From assembly GCA_038890615.1 (NCBI GenBank), contig JAWAFI010000002.1:27815-91814 (forward strand): DNA of 64,000 bases, written 5' to 3'. Positions 9,767-20,689 of this stretch are shown here, one piece after another. The DNA comes from Candidatus Anstonellales archaeon (GTDB lineage: Archaea > Micrarchaeota > Micrarchaeia > Anstonellales > J096). Each line of letters begins with the position of its first letter. Position 1 is the first letter of the stretch. The notes beneath the pieces are model-generated. The model worked only from the letters and a program-made list of their open reading frames with translations, was not told where the DNA came from and did no database searches. A program made the position numbers and the translations under genes.

Positions 9767-10277
9767 GGATGCGATTGAACGAAAGCTCTGTGAAAAGGAA
9801 AAAAAGTGGAAAGATATGGAGATCATTACACCTGAGATGGAAAGGGAAGAGATTAGGAGATTAATAACAGCAAGGTGCATGACTTACGATACTTATAGAA
9901 TAATAGAGCCTCTCTTAGCCAGAATGGAAAAAAACCTTGAGAATGTGGCTATTATCTCTTCTCTGCTTAAAGATTCCTTTTCTCCTGTTAAGATTAACGC
10001 AGGGATGGCCCTTCTAATAGGGTGCCAAATAGGAATAAACATAGAAAAGGCAATGCCAGATGTAGTTGAAGCGCTTGAAGACAAAGAACCTAGGGTTAGG
10101 TCAATAGCAGCATCAATAATAAGGGAAATGGCAATCAAGGGCTATAAGGCGAAGAAGTGGCTCTTGGAAACACTTAAGGCATATGCCCAATACGATCCTG
10201 ACAAGGATGTGCAACTTTCTTGCGCAATGGCGCTTAGGGCAATTGAGTTGCAGAAAGAGGGCAACAATTATGGATAG
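9753..10277 (+). CDS. HEAT-repeat-like hypothetical protein
   Basis: ALEDKEPRVRSIAA and DPDKDVQLSCAMAL HEAT-like units. Confidence 0.7.
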   Translation: MKRIKDAIERKLCEKEKKWKDMEIITPEMEREEIRRLITARCMTYDTYRIIEPLLARMEKNLENVAIISSLLKDSFSPVKINAGMALLIGCQIGINIEKAMPDVVEALEDKEPRVRSIAASIIREMAIKGYKAKKWLLETLKAYAQYDPDKDVQLSCAMALRAIELQKEGNNYG

Positions 10278-11007
10278 GAAAAAAGAGAGCACGAAGTCGT
10301 TAGGCAACATACTAAGAAACTCGCTTAAAAAGGCGAAGGAAGTGTTCAATGTCAAAAAGCTCTATGAACAAGAGGATGGCATTCATTACAACTATCTCAA
10401 CGACATGAAAAAATCAGCAGAAGCGATAAAGAAATTTGCAAGCATGCTCAACTCAAAAATAAAGGAAAGAAGGAACAAGGCATCAAATCTCTTTTTTTAT
10501 GCTGCGAACACTGAGATCAATCTGCTTGTAGGGAAAGAAGAATTTATTAAGGCGCTCAGCTCAAGCGAAACTAATGTAAGAAGGGTTGCATCAAGATGCC
10601 TAGAGAAAATAGCTGCTGAAGAAAACAGCATAGCTGAAGCGCTTCCTACATTAATATCAATAGCATCTGATAGGTCTGAAAACGACGAAGAAACCAGGCA
10701 GTTGGCCATTTTGGCAATTGCAAGCTCTGCAAAAGCAGGTGATGATATAAGCGCTGCATTTGAGGTGCTAAGGCAGGGCTTGCACAGCAATTACATAAGC
10801 ATAAGGCAGGCATGTTCGCTTGCTCTCTACTATGCTGCCATAAATCAAAAGACCTCTAAGGCTTCTATAAAAATCCTGGCAGAGGCCTGCAAGAGCAGTG
10901 AGGACAATGCAGACTACTTCGCTAGAGGAGTAATTTCTGAATTGCTCAAGAAGGGCGGCGAGAATATAAATGATGCAATAAAGGATGAAATTGGCACTAT
11001 AAGCTAG
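10270..11007 (+). CDS. HEAT-repeat-like hypothetical protein
   Basis: ALSSSETNVRRVAS, DEETRQLAILAI, ISIRQACSLAL; start set at ATG 10270, overlapping the previous stop. Confidence 0.7.
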   Translation: MDRKKESTKSLGNILRNSLKKAKEVFNVKKLYEQEDGIHYNYLNDMKKSAEAIKKFASMLNSKIKERRNKASNLFFYAANTEINLLVGKEEFIKALSSSETNVRRVASRCLEKIAAEENSIAEALPTLISIASDRSENDEETRQLAILAIASSAKAGDDISAAFEVLRQGLHSNYISIRQACSLALYYAAINQKTSKASIKILAEACKSSEDNADYFARGVISELLKKGGENINDAIKDEIGTIS

Positions 11008-11020
11008 CATAAGCCAGAGA

Positions 11021-11104
11021 TGCAGGGGGTGGGGTTCGAACCCACGCAGCCACTAAGGCACAGGATCCTAAGTCCTGCGCGTTTGACCGCTCCGCCACCC
11101 CTGC
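11021..11104 (-). tRNA. tRNA-Leu (TAG)
   Basis: Reverse complement GCAGGGG...CAGGA-CTTAGGA-TCCTG, long variable arm, GTTCGAAC, CCCCTGC-A. Confidence 0.95.
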
Positions 11105-11195
11105 GGCATAAAATTAGGCATTGCATTTAAAATAATGCTTTGCACAGGCGCCTTGGCTCCGCTCTGCTTTAAAAGCTAACCTAGCATTCATTCCC

Positions 11196-11969
11196 ATGCA
11201 AAATCTCTTAATATCTTACATTCCCTGCCGCACCCCCACCTTAAGGTACTGGGGGGATTCCCAAAGCCCTCTATCTATAGAGCTTAAGCCCCGATCTTTC
11301 ATTTCCATTAAATTCTACGATTCAGTTCACTGCGTTGGATGGAATGACGAGCATGGTGAGCACAGATGCCCGAATAGCGCAGTTAATACAAAGCAGTGCC
11401 CCACCTGCAGGTCGCGAGACATACTAAGGGCATATGCATCTGCTGATTTTGCAGGGTTAGAGCATCTTAAGGAAAGAATAAACAATGTCCCAACCTCATT
11501 GTACTTGGCACTTTTTGGGGATGTTGTAAAGTGCGGCATAACTGCCACAAGCAGGGTTGAAGCGCGCCTTGCTGAGCAGGGAGCAGATATGTACGCAGAG
11601 TTGATGCGCTTCCCAACAAGGGAGGAGGCACGTAGAATGGAACTGCTAATATCCTCAGAATTCGGGATCACTGAGCGTGTTATGCTCAATGAAAAGATTG
11701 AATGCATATCGCTTTCAGCAGATGAAACAAAGCTCCGGGATGCAATAGCGCAGATACGCGAAAGGGAGCCCTTTTCCTCTTTTGTCATGCCCTCGGTTTC
11801 AATAAAAAGGATTGATTACAACCTCCCAGAAAAAGCCTCGCTTTCATGGAAGCCTTCAGGAGAAGTGCTTGGAGCAAAGGGGGTTTTTCTTTTCATAAAG
11901 AAGGACGGAGAAAATTACTTTGTGCCAATGCACTCTTTCAAGGGGCACCTTTTTGATTTTACTCCCTGA
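11196..11969 (+). CDS. DUF2797-like protein
   Basis: HCVGW...CP...QCPTC zinc motif, LYLALFG..VKCGIT, RLAEQGA. Confidence 0.75.
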   Translation: MQNLLISYIPCRTPTLRYWGDSQSPLSIELKPRSFISIKFYDSVHCVGWNDEHGEHRCPNSAVNTKQCPTCRSRDILRAYASADFAGLEHLKERINNVPTSLYLALFGDVVKCGITATSRVEARLAEQGADMYAELMRFPTREEARRMELLISSEFGITERVMLNEKIECISLSADETKLRDAIAQIREREPFSSFVMPSVSIKRIDYNLPEKASLSWKPSGEVLGAKGVFLFIKKDGENYFVPMHSFKGHLFDFTP

Positions 11970-12666
11970 TTGCCTCATATGCCTCCTTGCTCTTCCCTGA
12001 GAAATGGCTTGATAAGAAGTTCCCTATATGGAATGCTAAGTACTTTACATAACCCCATTTTCTCAGTCTCCTCAGCGAAACAAAGCACTTTGCCTTTGGG
12101 TCATACTTAACCCCCCCAACCTTCCTCAGCCTCTTTATTATATCAACCTCTTCTGCTGTCATTATGTCCCTATTGAAGCCCCCTGCCTTTTTGTATGCCC
12201 TCCTGCTGAAGACTAGGTTGTCAGCAGCTGCATAGTCCAGCCCTAGCAGATTAAGAATGGTTGCAAGAAGGTTGAGCACCTCTGCCCCAAGATTCTCAAT
12301 GAAATTGCCATCAAGCGCATAGATCGAGCCAATTACGCCTGCATAGCCCTCTTTTACTATTGCATCGCCTACCCTCTGAAGCCACCCTTGAGGGTAGATT
12401 GTATCTGCGCTTGCGCTTATTAGTATCTCACCCCGAGAGTTTATCATCCCTATCTTCCTTGCGTATGGTATGCCCTCTGTTTCAACTTCAATTACTTTGC
12501 AACCCATCCTTTGCGCTATCTCTGCTGTCTTATCCGTGCTCTTCTTATCAACGACTATTACTTCAATGTCATAATCAGATTCCTGCCCAAATATGCTCTT
12601 TAAGGTCATAGGAAGGTTTTTTTCTTCATTGTATGTCGGTATCACTATGCTTGCTAGTTTTTTCAC
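11959..12666 (-). CDS. Glycosyltransferase family 2
   Basis: SIVIPTYNEE, VIVVD..STDKT, SADT, GGF, EEVD. Confidence 0.9.
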   Translation of the reverse strand: MKKLASIVIPTYNEEKNLPMTLKSIFGQESDYDIEVIVVDKKSTDKTAEIAQRMGCKVIEVETEGIPYARKIGMINSRGEILISASADTIYPQGWLQRVGDAIVKEGYAGVIGSIYALDGNFIENLGAEVLNLLATILNLLGLDYAAADNLVFSRRAYKKAGGFNRDIMTAEEVDIIKRLRKVGGVKYDPKAKCFVSLRRLRKWGYVKYLAFHIGNFLSSHFSGKSKEAYEAIRE

Positions 12667-12715
12667 ATGCCTTTTTCCAGTTCAATATTTAAATTCATTT
12701 CCCATAATCCCCCTG

Positions 12716-13339
12716 ATGCAAGGAAGCCTTATCCAAAAAATAATACGCCTGAAAAAAAGCAGTACTTCTCGCTTAGCCAAAAAGAGAATGAAAGAGTTCC
12801 AATCTATAAGAAAAAAAGGCATAAATGCCATCTTCAAGGAACTTTGCTTCTGCATCCTTACTGCAAATTTCAGCGCAGAAGGAGGCATTCGCATACAAAA
12901 AGCAATAGGCGACGGCTTCCTGACAATGGGCGAAAAGGAGCTTGCAAAGGCCCTACGCTCAAATGGCTACCGCTTTCCTAATACAAGGGCCTTGTACATA
13001 GCAAAAGCCAGAGAAAAGATGCCAGAGCTTAAGAAAGCCCTATCAATGGAACCAAAGGAATTGCGCTATTGGCTTATTAAGAACATATATGGTTTGGGAT
13101 ATAAAGAGGCGAGCCACTTCCTCCGCAACATAGGATTCAATGATTTTGCAATAATAGATTTCCACATAGTTGACCTATTAGTTTCAGAAGGGCTAATTCG
13201 AAAGCCAAGATCCATTACCCCAAAAAAGTACTTAAAAATTGAAAACAAGCTGAAGGAAATTGCAAAGGAAGTTGGCTTAACTTTAGGAGAGCTTGATTTG
13301 TATCTGTGGTATCTTTCTACTGGAAAAATCCTAAAATAA
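12716..13339 (+). CDS. ogg: 8-oxoguanine DNA glycosylase/AP lyase (Ogg2/TM1821-MJ0724 type)
   Basis: ELCFCILTAN, YRFPNTRA, GLGYKEASHFLRN, AIIDFHI, LDLYLWY. Confidence 0.92.
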   Translation: MQGSLIQKIIRLKKSSTSRLAKKRMKEFQSIRKKGINAIFKELCFCILTANFSAEGGIRIQKAIGDGFLTMGEKELAKALRSNGYRFPNTRALYIAKAREKMPELKKALSMEPKELRYWLIKNIYGLGYKEASHFLRNIGFNDFAIIDFHIVDLLVSEGLIRKPRSITPKKYLKIENKLKEIAKEVGLTLGELDLYLWYLSTGKILK

Positions 13340-13472
13340 CCATCTGTATAATCTTAGTTTCCTTCTCCCATTTCTTAACTAAATAATAAGTCTCTAAGCC
13401 CTTTTTAACCTTAATTACCGAGCAATTCCCCAACCAATTCTTCTAAACCTTTTTCAACCGTTTCTAAGTCAT

Positions 13473-14027
13473 TTATCGTTCTTTTTTTTTGAATTTATTC
13501 AGCATCTCATTTAATGTGAAAAGCGAAATGCCAACAACATTAAAGTAATCCCCTTCTATTCTTTCTATAAGCAGAGCCCCAATTCCTTGTGCCCCAAATG
13601 CACCTGCCTTGTCTAGCGGCTCTCCTGTTGCGATATAATTTTTAATATCTTTTTTGCCCATCCTTTTCATCTTTACTTTAGTAACTACTACTTTTACTTC
13701 TTTTAACTGATCTTTTACTACTGCGATTCCCCCGTACACCTTAATCCACTTGCCAGATATTTTCTTGAGAATTTTTTCAGCCTCCTTCTTATTTTTCGGC
13801 TTTCCTAAAATCTTTCCTGAATAAACAACTGTATCAGCCCCAACCACTATTTTGCCTTTGTACCTCGTGGCAACTTCTTCAGCTTTGCCGAGCGCATTAG
13901 CAGCCACTGTTTCTTCCGGAGTCCTGAGCATTTTCTCTGGAAACCTGCTTCTTACACACCTGATTTTCCAAAACTTCCTCAAAAGCATCCTCCTGCGTGG
14001 GGATGTTGATGCTAGCATTATCTCCAT
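13473..14027 (-). CDS. maf: Maf family nucleoside triphosphate pyrophosphatase
   Basis: LASTSPRR, GADTVV, LGKP, EPLDKAGAFG, GDYFNVVG. Confidence 0.93.
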   Translation of the reverse strand: MEIMLASTSPRRRMLLRKFWKIRCVRSRFPEKMLRTPEETVAANALGKAEEVATRYKGKIVVGADTVVYSGKILGKPKNKKEAEKILKKISGKWIKVYGGIAVVKDQLKEVKVVVTKVKMKRMGKKDIKNYIATGEPLDKAGAFGAQGIGALLIERIEGDYFNVVGISLFTLNEMLNKFKKKER

Positions 14028-14030
14028 GCT

Positions 14031-14675
14031 TCATTCACTCTTTCTTTTAATATATGTTTTTCTTGCAGGGCACCATTTTATCTTGCACTGATTGCAGAGT
14101 GGCTTGGGCTTGCAAACTGTTTGCCCATATCCAACAAATGCCCTGTTCAGCCTTCTCCAAAATCTCCTTGGGAATATCTTCTTCAGCCCTTTTTCTGTTT
14201 CTGCAGGTTTTTTTGTTTTCACAAGCCCTAGCCTGTTTGAAATTCTGTGAACGTGCGTATCCACTCCTATCTCTTCCTTTCCCAACATTCCAAGAATTAC
14301 ATTCCTGCTTTTCCTCCCAATCCCATCTAATTCTAAAAAGTCTTCAGGCATTCCCTCATTTACCACCCTTTTTGAGTTTGTTATCAGCCATTTTGCTTTC
14401 TGCCTATAAAATCCAACAGGGTAAATAAGTGCTGCAACCTCTTCTTCCGGGATTTTTGCAAGCTTCTCAAAGCTACCTGCTTTTCTAAACAACCTCTTTG
14501 CTGCAGCAATGCTTATATTATCTTTTGTGCGCGAGCTGAGAAGGACAAAAACAATCGCTCTAAAGATGCTTTTTCTGACGATCTTTCCAACATTGTAAAC
14601 AGGCGCCTTCCTTGCCTTCCCCTCCATCTCCATTATTTCCACAATTTCCTCCAATATCTTTTTTTCCTTACTCAT
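14031..14675 (-). CDS. nth: Endonuclease III (HhH-GPD, 4Fe-4S)
   Basis: LSSRTKD, VGFYRQKA, GIGRK, VDTHVHRISNRLG, C-terminal CKPKPLCNQCKIKWC. Confidence 0.92.
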   Translation of the reverse strand: MSKEKKILEEIVEIMEMEGKARKAPVYNVGKIVRKSIFRAIVFVLLSSRTKDNISIAAAKRLFRKAGSFEKLAKIPEEEVAALIYPVGFYRQKAKWLITNSKRVVNEGMPEDFLELDGIGRKSRNVILGMLGKEEIGVDTHVHRISNRLGLVKTKKPAETEKGLKKIFPRRFWRRLNRAFVGYGQTVCKPKPLCNQCKIKWCPARKTYIKRKSE

Positions 14676-14810
14676 AAAAATACCAATCAAAAGCTGTTTT
14701 TAACCTTTCCCACCCTTTAAAGTTGTTATTTTTTAAGTTATTTTTACGAGAGAAAAGGAAACCTATATAAATATGCGCTTAATAATAACCACTGCGACCA
14801 GGTGATAGGT

Positions 14811-15896
14811 ATGGAAGATTTGATAAGATCAGTAACTAAATCTGGATTTGAAGGGGCTAAAGCAGAAGACAGCGGAAACATTGACAGTTCTGATACTATA
14901 AAAATAGTAACAGTAGGGGTTGGTGGTGGAGGGAACAACACTATCAACAGGCTAGTGAAGCTAGGGGTCAAAGGCTCTGAGCTTTGCGCTGTTAACACGG
15001 ATGCCCAGCACTTAAAGCTTATGCACGAGAGTGTTAAGAAGATACTCATAGGGAAGAGCATAACAAGGGGGCTTGGGGCAGGAGGAGACCCTGACATAGG
15101 AGCAAAAGCTGCTGAAGTTGACAGGGCATCCTTAGAGAAAGCAGTTGAAGGGGCACACTTAGTTTTCATTTGCGCAGGCGCTGGAGGAGGAACAGGAAGC
15201 GGGGCAGCGCCGGTAGTTGCGCAGATCGCAAAAGAGCAAGGCGCGATTACCGTAGCGATGGTCACTTATCCGTTTGCCTTGGAAAGAGTAAGGAGAAAAA
15301 AAGCAGATGAAACTATAGCAAAGCTGCAGAAGATTGCTGACTCAGTAATAATACTCGACAACAACAAGCTTGTTGAGCTTGTTCCAAACCTGCCTATGCA
15401 GGACGCTTTTGTTGTTGCAGATGAAATACTTGCAAGGGCCATTTCAGGTCTTGTATGGACAATAACCCAGCCATCGCTCGTAAACATCGACTTTGCAGAT
15501 GTCAGGAGCATCATGAAAGATGGCGGGGTTGGGTTCATAGCAGTAGGCGAAGGCAAAGGCAACGACAAGGTCAAGAATGCTGCAGACAGCGTGCTAAAGA
15601 ACAGGCTGTTGGATGTCGATTTCGAGGGTGCAAAAGGAGCGCTTATCCACATTTCAGGCGGCCCAGACCTAACTCTAGGAGATGCAGTCAAGGCAGGTGA
15701 GCTTATAACTGAGAGGATGGACCCTGACGCAAATGTAAAGTGGGGCGCAAGGCTTGTCAGCAACTATGAAGGCAAGATGGAGGTTGTGGCTATCGTTACA
15801 GGCGTAAAGGGCGCAAGCGTTGGCGGCAAATCGTTGTCTGACCAGCAAGAAGCAGCTTTCCTTGGCTCTACTGGAGATTTAGATATGCTAGGCTGA
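14811..15896 (+). CDS. ftsZ: Cell division protein FtsZ (paralogue 1)
   Basis: GVGGGGNN, NTDAQHL, GGGTGSG, NIDFADV; AGGTGA SD-like site at about 14800. Confidence 0.96.
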   Translation: MEDLIRSVTKSGFEGAKAEDSGNIDSSDTIKIVTVGVGGGGNNTINRLVKLGVKGSELCAVNTDAQHLKLMHESVKKILIGKSITRGLGAGGDPDIGAKAAEVDRASLEKAVEGAHLVFICAGAGGGTGSGAAPVVAQIAKEQGAITVAMVTYPFALERVRRKKADETIAKLQKIADSVIILDNNKLVELVPNLPMQDAFVVADEILARAISGLVWTITQPSLVNIDFADVRSIMKDGGVGFIAVGEGKGNDKVKNAADSVLKNRLLDVDFEGAKGALIHISGGPDLTLGDAVKAGELITERMDPDANVKWGARLVSNYEGKMEVVAIVTGVKGASVGGKSLSDQQEAAFLGSTGDLDMLG

Positions 15897-15899
15897 ACT

Positions 15900-16916
15900 A
15901 TGACTGATGACTTTGAGGGAGTTCAAATCAGTGTCGTTGGCGTTGGAGGAGGGGGGAGCAACTGCGTCTCCCGCATGATGTCCTCCGGGATAAAGAGCGC
16001 AAGAACAGTGGCCATAAACACAGATTCAAGGCACCTATTAATCACGCAGGCCCACAAGAAAGTCCTTATTGGGAAGAAGATAACAAGAGGGATGGGAGCA
16101 GGAGGGGATGAAAAAATAGGAGAGAAGTGCGCTGAGATGGATGCTGCCCTAATAAAAGAGGCAATAGGAAACTCCAACCTGGTTTTTGTTACAGCTGGGA
16201 TGGGAGGAGGAACAGGAAGCGGGGCAGCGCCGGTAGTGGCTAGGATAGCAAAAGAGATGGGCGCCATAACAATAGGGGTAGTTACCTACCCATTTGCTTT
16301 GGAACGCACAAGGCTCAGGAAAGCAGAGATGGCCATAAACAGAATGGTTAAGGAGTGCGACACTCTAGTAGTAATAGACAACAACAGGCTCCTATCTTAT
16401 GCTCCTAACCTTCCACTGAACCAGGCCCTTGAGATGGTTGATTCAGTGACTCAAAGGGCAGTGGTGGGAATAAGCGACACCATAATACTCCCTTCATTGA
16501 TGAACATTGACTATGCAGATGTTAAGAGCGTAATGGCAAACAGGGGCATTGCAATGATTTCTTTAGGCGAAGGATATGGCTATACAAAGATAGAGGATGC
16601 TGCCAAAAGCGCGCTTGAGCATCCCTTGCTTGATACAACTTACGAAGGGGCAAAGGCAGCACTTGTGCACATAGAAGGCAATTCCTCACTAACTCTTGGA
16701 GAGGCAATAAAGCTGGGCAACATGATAACAGATCGCTTTGACCCTGATGCTAATGTGAAAATAGGGGCCCGCATACTCCCTGATATCGAAGGAGTTCGTG
16801 TAACTACTATAGTGGCAGGCCTTTCATCCCCATGCTTCCTAAATGGCAAGGCAACAAGCTCTAGTGCCAATTCCGTGGTCCAAAACTACAGCCCGGAGAC
16901 TCTCTATACCCTCTAA
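15900..16916 (+). CDS. ftsZ: Cell division protein FtsZ (paralogue 2)
   Basis: GVGGGGSN, NTD, GMGGGTGSG, NIDYADV. Confidence 0.95.
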   Translation: MTDDFEGVQISVVGVGGGGSNCVSRMMSSGIKSARTVAINTDSRHLLITQAHKKVLIGKKITRGMGAGGDEKIGEKCAEMDAALIKEAIGNSNLVFVTAGMGGGTGSGAAPVVARIAKEMGAITIGVVTYPFALERTRLRKAEMAINRMVKECDTLVVIDNNRLLSYAPNLPLNQALEMVDSVTQRAVVGISDTIILPSLMNIDYADVKSVMANRGIAMISLGEGYGYTKIEDAAKSALEHPLLDTTYEGAKAALVHIEGNSSLTLGEAIKLGNMITDRFDPDANVKIGARILPDIEGVRVTTIVAGLSSPCFLNGKATSSSANSVVQNYSPETLYTL

Positions 16917-16929
16917 CCTTTTTTATTTA

Positions 16930-19338
16930 TTACTTCGGCTTGAATCCCCTCATTAATAAGCTGTTTGCAACAACGCTTATAGAGCTTAGCGCCATTGCCG
17001 CCCCTGCTAATGCAGGGTCCAGTACAAGCCCTGTAAATGGGTATAAAACCCCCATAGCAATGGGTATCCCAACCGCGTTGTAGAAGGATGCCCAGAACAG
17101 GTTCTGTTTTATTTTGCTTACTGAATACTTGCTCAATTGCACTGCCTTTACTACATCTTTTAGGCTGCTTTTGACCAGCACCATGTCTCCGCTTTCTATT
17201 GCCACATCAGTGCCTGCGCCTATTGCAATGCCTACATCTGCCTGTGCAAGCGCATGCGCATCGTTTATTCCGTCTCCAACAAACGCAACCTTTCCACTCT
17301 CCTGCAGCTTCTTCACCTTTTCTGTCTTTTCTTGTGGCGCTAGCTCAGCAGCAACATCTTCTATGCCAGCCTGCTTTGCTATTGCTTTTGCAGTTCTTTT
17401 GTTGTCCCCAGTAACCATTGCCACCTTATACCCCATTCCTTTAAGCTTTTCTACTGCTTCCTTTGAGTCATCTTTTATAACATCTGCAATCCCTATTATA
17501 CCTGCAAGTTTGCCGTTTACTCCAACAAAAATTACAGTATTTCCATTTTCTTCAACTTTTTCAATTATCTTACGAGCATCCTTTGGGATTGAAACCTCTT
17601 TCTTTCTCATCATAGCTGAATTGCCTATTACAACATGCATCCTCTTAACAATACCTTCTACCCCATAGCCTACTCTCTCTCTAAACCTATCCGCCTTTAG
17701 GCTGCTCTTTGCCGTTTTCACAATTGCCTTCGCGAGATGGTGCTCTGAATTTTTTTCAACTGCTCCTGCTAACTCCAATAGTTCTTTCTTACTGATTCCA
17801 AACGGATGCACGTAAGTTACTTCAAGCTCCCCTTTTGTTATCGTCCCTGTCTTGTCAAAGAGAAACCACTTAACCTGATGTAGTGTCTCAAGGCTTTCTG
17901 CATTCTTTATTAGTATTCCATTCTCCGCTCCCTTGCCGCTTGCTATCATAACTGCGGTTGGGGTTGCCAGACCCATTGCACATGGGCATGCAATAATCAG
18001 GGTGGAAATAAACATAGTCATTGCAAACACAAAGGTTTGCCCAGCAAGAAAGTACCAATAAATAAAAGCACAAACTGCAAGTAACATGACAACTTGCACA
18101 AAATAGCCAGCTACTACATCAGCTATCCTTTGGATAGGTGCTTTGCTGCTCTGCGCCTCCTCAACAAGCTTGATTATCTGCGCAAGCATTGTTTCACTGC
18201 CAACCTTGGTTGCTCTAAATTTAAAAGTCCCAACCCCATTTATAGTGCCTCCTATCACCTGATCCCCTCTTCTTTTCCTAACAGGCATGCTTTCCCCTGT
18301 GACCATGCTCTGGTCTACGCTGCTTTCGCCCTCAACAACAATCCCATCAACAGGTATCCTTGCGCCTGGCTTTACCACTACTATTGAATCAACTACTACG
18401 CTTTCAACAGGAACCTCCCTTTCCTCTCCATTCAAAATTACTATTGCTGTTTTTGGCTGGAGTGCCAAGAGCTTCTTTATTGCTTCTGAGGTTTTTCCCT
18501 TAGCTATTGCTTCAAGGTACTTTCCAAGCACAATGAATGTCAAAAGCAGCGTTGCAGTTTCATAATACATAATTCCGTGGATTACTGCGAACCCTATTAG
18601 CGTGCTGTAGACATACGCAGTTCCTACTCCTACAAACACAAGGCTGTCCATTCCTGGCGTCATCCTAAGAAGGCCCTTTAATCCCTTTTCAAATATCTCC
18701 TTGTTTAGATAAATGACACCACTTGCCATAAAAAATTGGAGAATTGCAGATACCTCTTTGCTAAGCATGTTGCTTAAGCTTTCAGTTCCGAGCATCTCAG
18801 GAAGCGCAAGAAGAAGCACAGGTATTGTAAGAAGAACTGAAAAAATCACCCTGTTCCTTAGCGCCCTAAGCTCTGCATTGCTCTTTTCCTCTGCTGAACC
18901 ATGCTCTTCATAGGCCTCAATCCTATATCCAGCGCTTTCTATTGCTTTTTTTACCTTTTCAAAATCAGCCCTTTCCTTATCATACAATATATTTGCCCTC
19001 CCAGTAGCAAAGCTTACCTCTGCCTCTTTAATCCCCCACACTTCTTCTATCAACTTCTTTACATGTTCAGCGCGTTCTTTAGATTCAAGGCCAACTATCT
19101 TTACTTCCATCCCTTCTTTCTTCTCTTCAAGCTCCTCAACTTCATACCCTAGCCCCTTAATCAATCTCTTTATTTCCCCAATTCCAATAATTCCTTCATG
19201 ATATTCTACTGTGGCCTTTCCTGTGGCATAGTTCACATTTGCACTTTCAATACCTTTTATATTTCTTAGCTTTTTTTCTATGTTTACTGCACATGAGGAG
19301 CAATCCATACCATCTATCTGCAGTGTAACCCTTCTCAT
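16930..19338 (-). CDS. copA: Copper-translocating P1B-type ATPase
   Basis: GMDCSSC HMA domain, TGES, CPC, DKTGT, GDGIND, YN and MALSS motifs; the second HMA domain lacks CxxC. Confidence 0.95.
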   Translation of the reverse strand: MRRVTLQIDGMDCSSCAVNIEKKLRNIKGIESANVNYATGKATVEYHEGIIGIGEIKRLIKGLGYEVEELEEKKEGMEVKIVGLESKERAEHVKKLIEEVWGIKEAEVSFATGRANILYDKERADFEKVKKAIESAGYRIEAYEEHGSAEEKSNAELRALRNRVIFSVLLTIPVLLLALPEMLGTESLSNMLSKEVSAILQFFMASGVIYLNKEIFEKGLKGLLRMTPGMDSLVFVGVGTAYVYSTLIGFAVIHGIMYYETATLLLTFIVLGKYLEAIAKGKTSEAIKKLLALQPKTAIVILNGEEREVPVESVVVDSIVVVKPGARIPVDGIVVEGESSVDQSMVTGESMPVRKRRGDQVIGGTINGVGTFKFRATKVGSETMLAQIIKLVEEAQSSKAPIQRIADVVAGYFVQVVMLLAVCAFIYWYFLAGQTFVFAMTMFISTLIIACPCAMGLATPTAVMIASGKGAENGILIKNAESLETLHQVKWFLFDKTGTITKGELEVTYVHPFGISKKELLELAGAVEKNSEHHLAKAIVKTAKSSLKADRFRERVGYGVEGIVKRMHVVIGNSAMMRKKEVSIPKDARKIIEKVEENGNTVIFVGVNGKLAGIIGIADVIKDDSKEAVEKLKGMGYKVAMVTGDNKRTAKAIAKQAGIEDVAAELAPQEKTEKVKKLQESGKVAFVGDGINDAHALAQADVGIAIGAGTDVAIESGDMVLVKSSLKDVVKAVQLSKYSVSKIKQNLFWASFYNAVGIPIAMGVLYPFTGLVLDPALAGAAMALSSISVVANSLLMRGFKPK

Positions 19339-20252
19339 ACTAACACCCCGTAAACGAGCCCTGCTCTAGGACCATAAATTATTAATCCAGTCAAGAAACT
19401 TGATAGCAAAAGGCTATTTATAAAAAAGCCTAAGAGGGTGGTATTAAAGTCACCTATCTTAACTTCTCCTTGTTCGCGGTACATTACATAACTCAACCCC
19501 CCTATCACCACCATGCACACGGCAGCTAGTAGATATAGAGATACCAAGAGGTTGTCGTTTATAAGCATTGCTGAAAGCATTGCGCCCATGGTTCCTGCCA
19601 TTAACCCTGCCATTATCCCCTCCATTACGCCCATTATGCCACAGTAACGCCCAGCCATTATGCCAAACCCAATCCCTAAAGAGGCACCAACTAAAGAACC
19701 TACAAACATTCCATTGGTCGCCCCTATTGTAGCTCCGCTCATAAAACCTACTACCATTCCTATCGTCATTCCAATCATCATTCCGTTCATGCAACTAAGA
19801 TTTCTTTTATAGCATTCTACGAGACTCATTGAATATGTAGTGACAACTCCTGTTGCTATTGAGAGTAGAATGAGTGGAAAATATACTTTTATGGTTGTTC
19901 CTAAAGTATAATATACCACGAGCACAAGCACTAAAAGAACGATTGCTGAGAAAAGCGCATAGTTAATCAATTTTGCCTCTACTACGAGCTTGCCTGAAAG
20001 CGTTCTCTTAATATATTCAAAAACCCTGTGTGGATCACCTCTTCTCTCTTCTGAGCCTTTCTCAAGATATCCATTCTCTGCAAGTGCTCTTCTCAAGCCC
20101 GCTATCTTATCCTCCTCAACGCTAAACAAGACCTTTCCTGTTTTAATATCTATTTCAACAACCTGCGCTCCATTCTCCTGCGCCACTTTTTTAAGTATCT
20201 CTATACAGGATTCGCAGGAAGCGTTCTGGAGGTTCAATTCAAGTTGACTCAT
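19335..20252 (-). CDS. HMA-domain membrane protein with Met/Gly-rich transmembrane region
   Basis: N-terminal SCESC; hydrophobic helices with [12 protein letters not shown] and [16 protein letters not shown]. Confidence 0.8.
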   Translation of the reverse strand: MSQLELNLQNASCESCIEILKKVAQENGAQVVEIDIKTGKVLFSVEEDKIAGLRRALAENGYLEKGSEERRGDPHRVFEYIKRTLSGKLVVEAKLINYALFSAIVLLVLVLVVYYTLGTTIKVYFPLILLSIATGVVTTYSMSLVECYKRNLSCMNGMMIGMTIGMVVGFMSGATIGATNGMFVGSLVGASLGIGFGIMAGRYCGIMGVMEGIMAGLMAGTMGAMLSAMLINDNLLVSLYLLAAVCMVVIGGLSYVMYREQGEVKIGDFNTTLLGFFINSLLLSSFLTGLIIYGPRAGLVYGVLV

Positions 20253-20261
20253 TCCAGCACC

Positions 20262-20435
20262 TTATAGTATGGCCTTCTTTACTCTGCTTATCGTTTCATT
20301 ACCCTCATATTCTATTATAACTTTCCCTATACTTACGTTGACACTCTTTAATCCTGGTATGTCAGCTATTACCCCCCTAATCAATGCACTTCGTGATTTG
20401 CAACACATTCTACTTATCTTTATTTCTGCTTTCAT
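20262..20435 (-). CDS. Small CopZ/HMA-like protein (degenerate metal motif MCCKSR)
   Basis: MKAEIKISRMCCKSRSALI...VNVSIGKVIIEY; GAGGTG SD-like site upstream. Confidence 0.55.
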   Translation of the reverse strand: MKAEIKISRMCCKSRSALIRGVIADIPGLKSVNVSIGKVIIEYEGNETISRVKKAIL

Positions 20436-20446
20436 TAAATCACCTC

Positions 20447-20689
20447 TTAGTGAATTACGATGTATCCCTCCTGTTCCATCATCGTGACGATATCTTCGAT
20501 CCATTTCTGACCACAATCAATTATTGCTACAACCTCTTTGTGTTTCCTTTTAACATGGTTGTTCATATTTCCAATATGCTTTTCTATTTCATCAAGAAGG
20601 TTCTCACATCTCATGCAACAAATCATCTGCAGTTCCGCTGTACCTTTTTCCGCATTTTCCTTCATTATTTTATATGTACCTCCCATCAT
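20447..20689 (-). CDS. Small HMA-like protein (CMRC motif)
   Basis: MICCMRCENLL...MEQEGY; lies within the copper operon. Confidence 0.5.
   Translation of the reverse strand: MMGGTYKIMKENAEKGTAELQMICCMRCENLLDEIEKHIGNMNNHVKRKHKEVVAIIDCGQKWIEDIVTMMEQEGYIVIH

Noticed and set aside
16900..16935. att-site duplicate of the tRNA-Phe 3' end at the far side of the copper cluster
   Set aside because: No matching sequence seen
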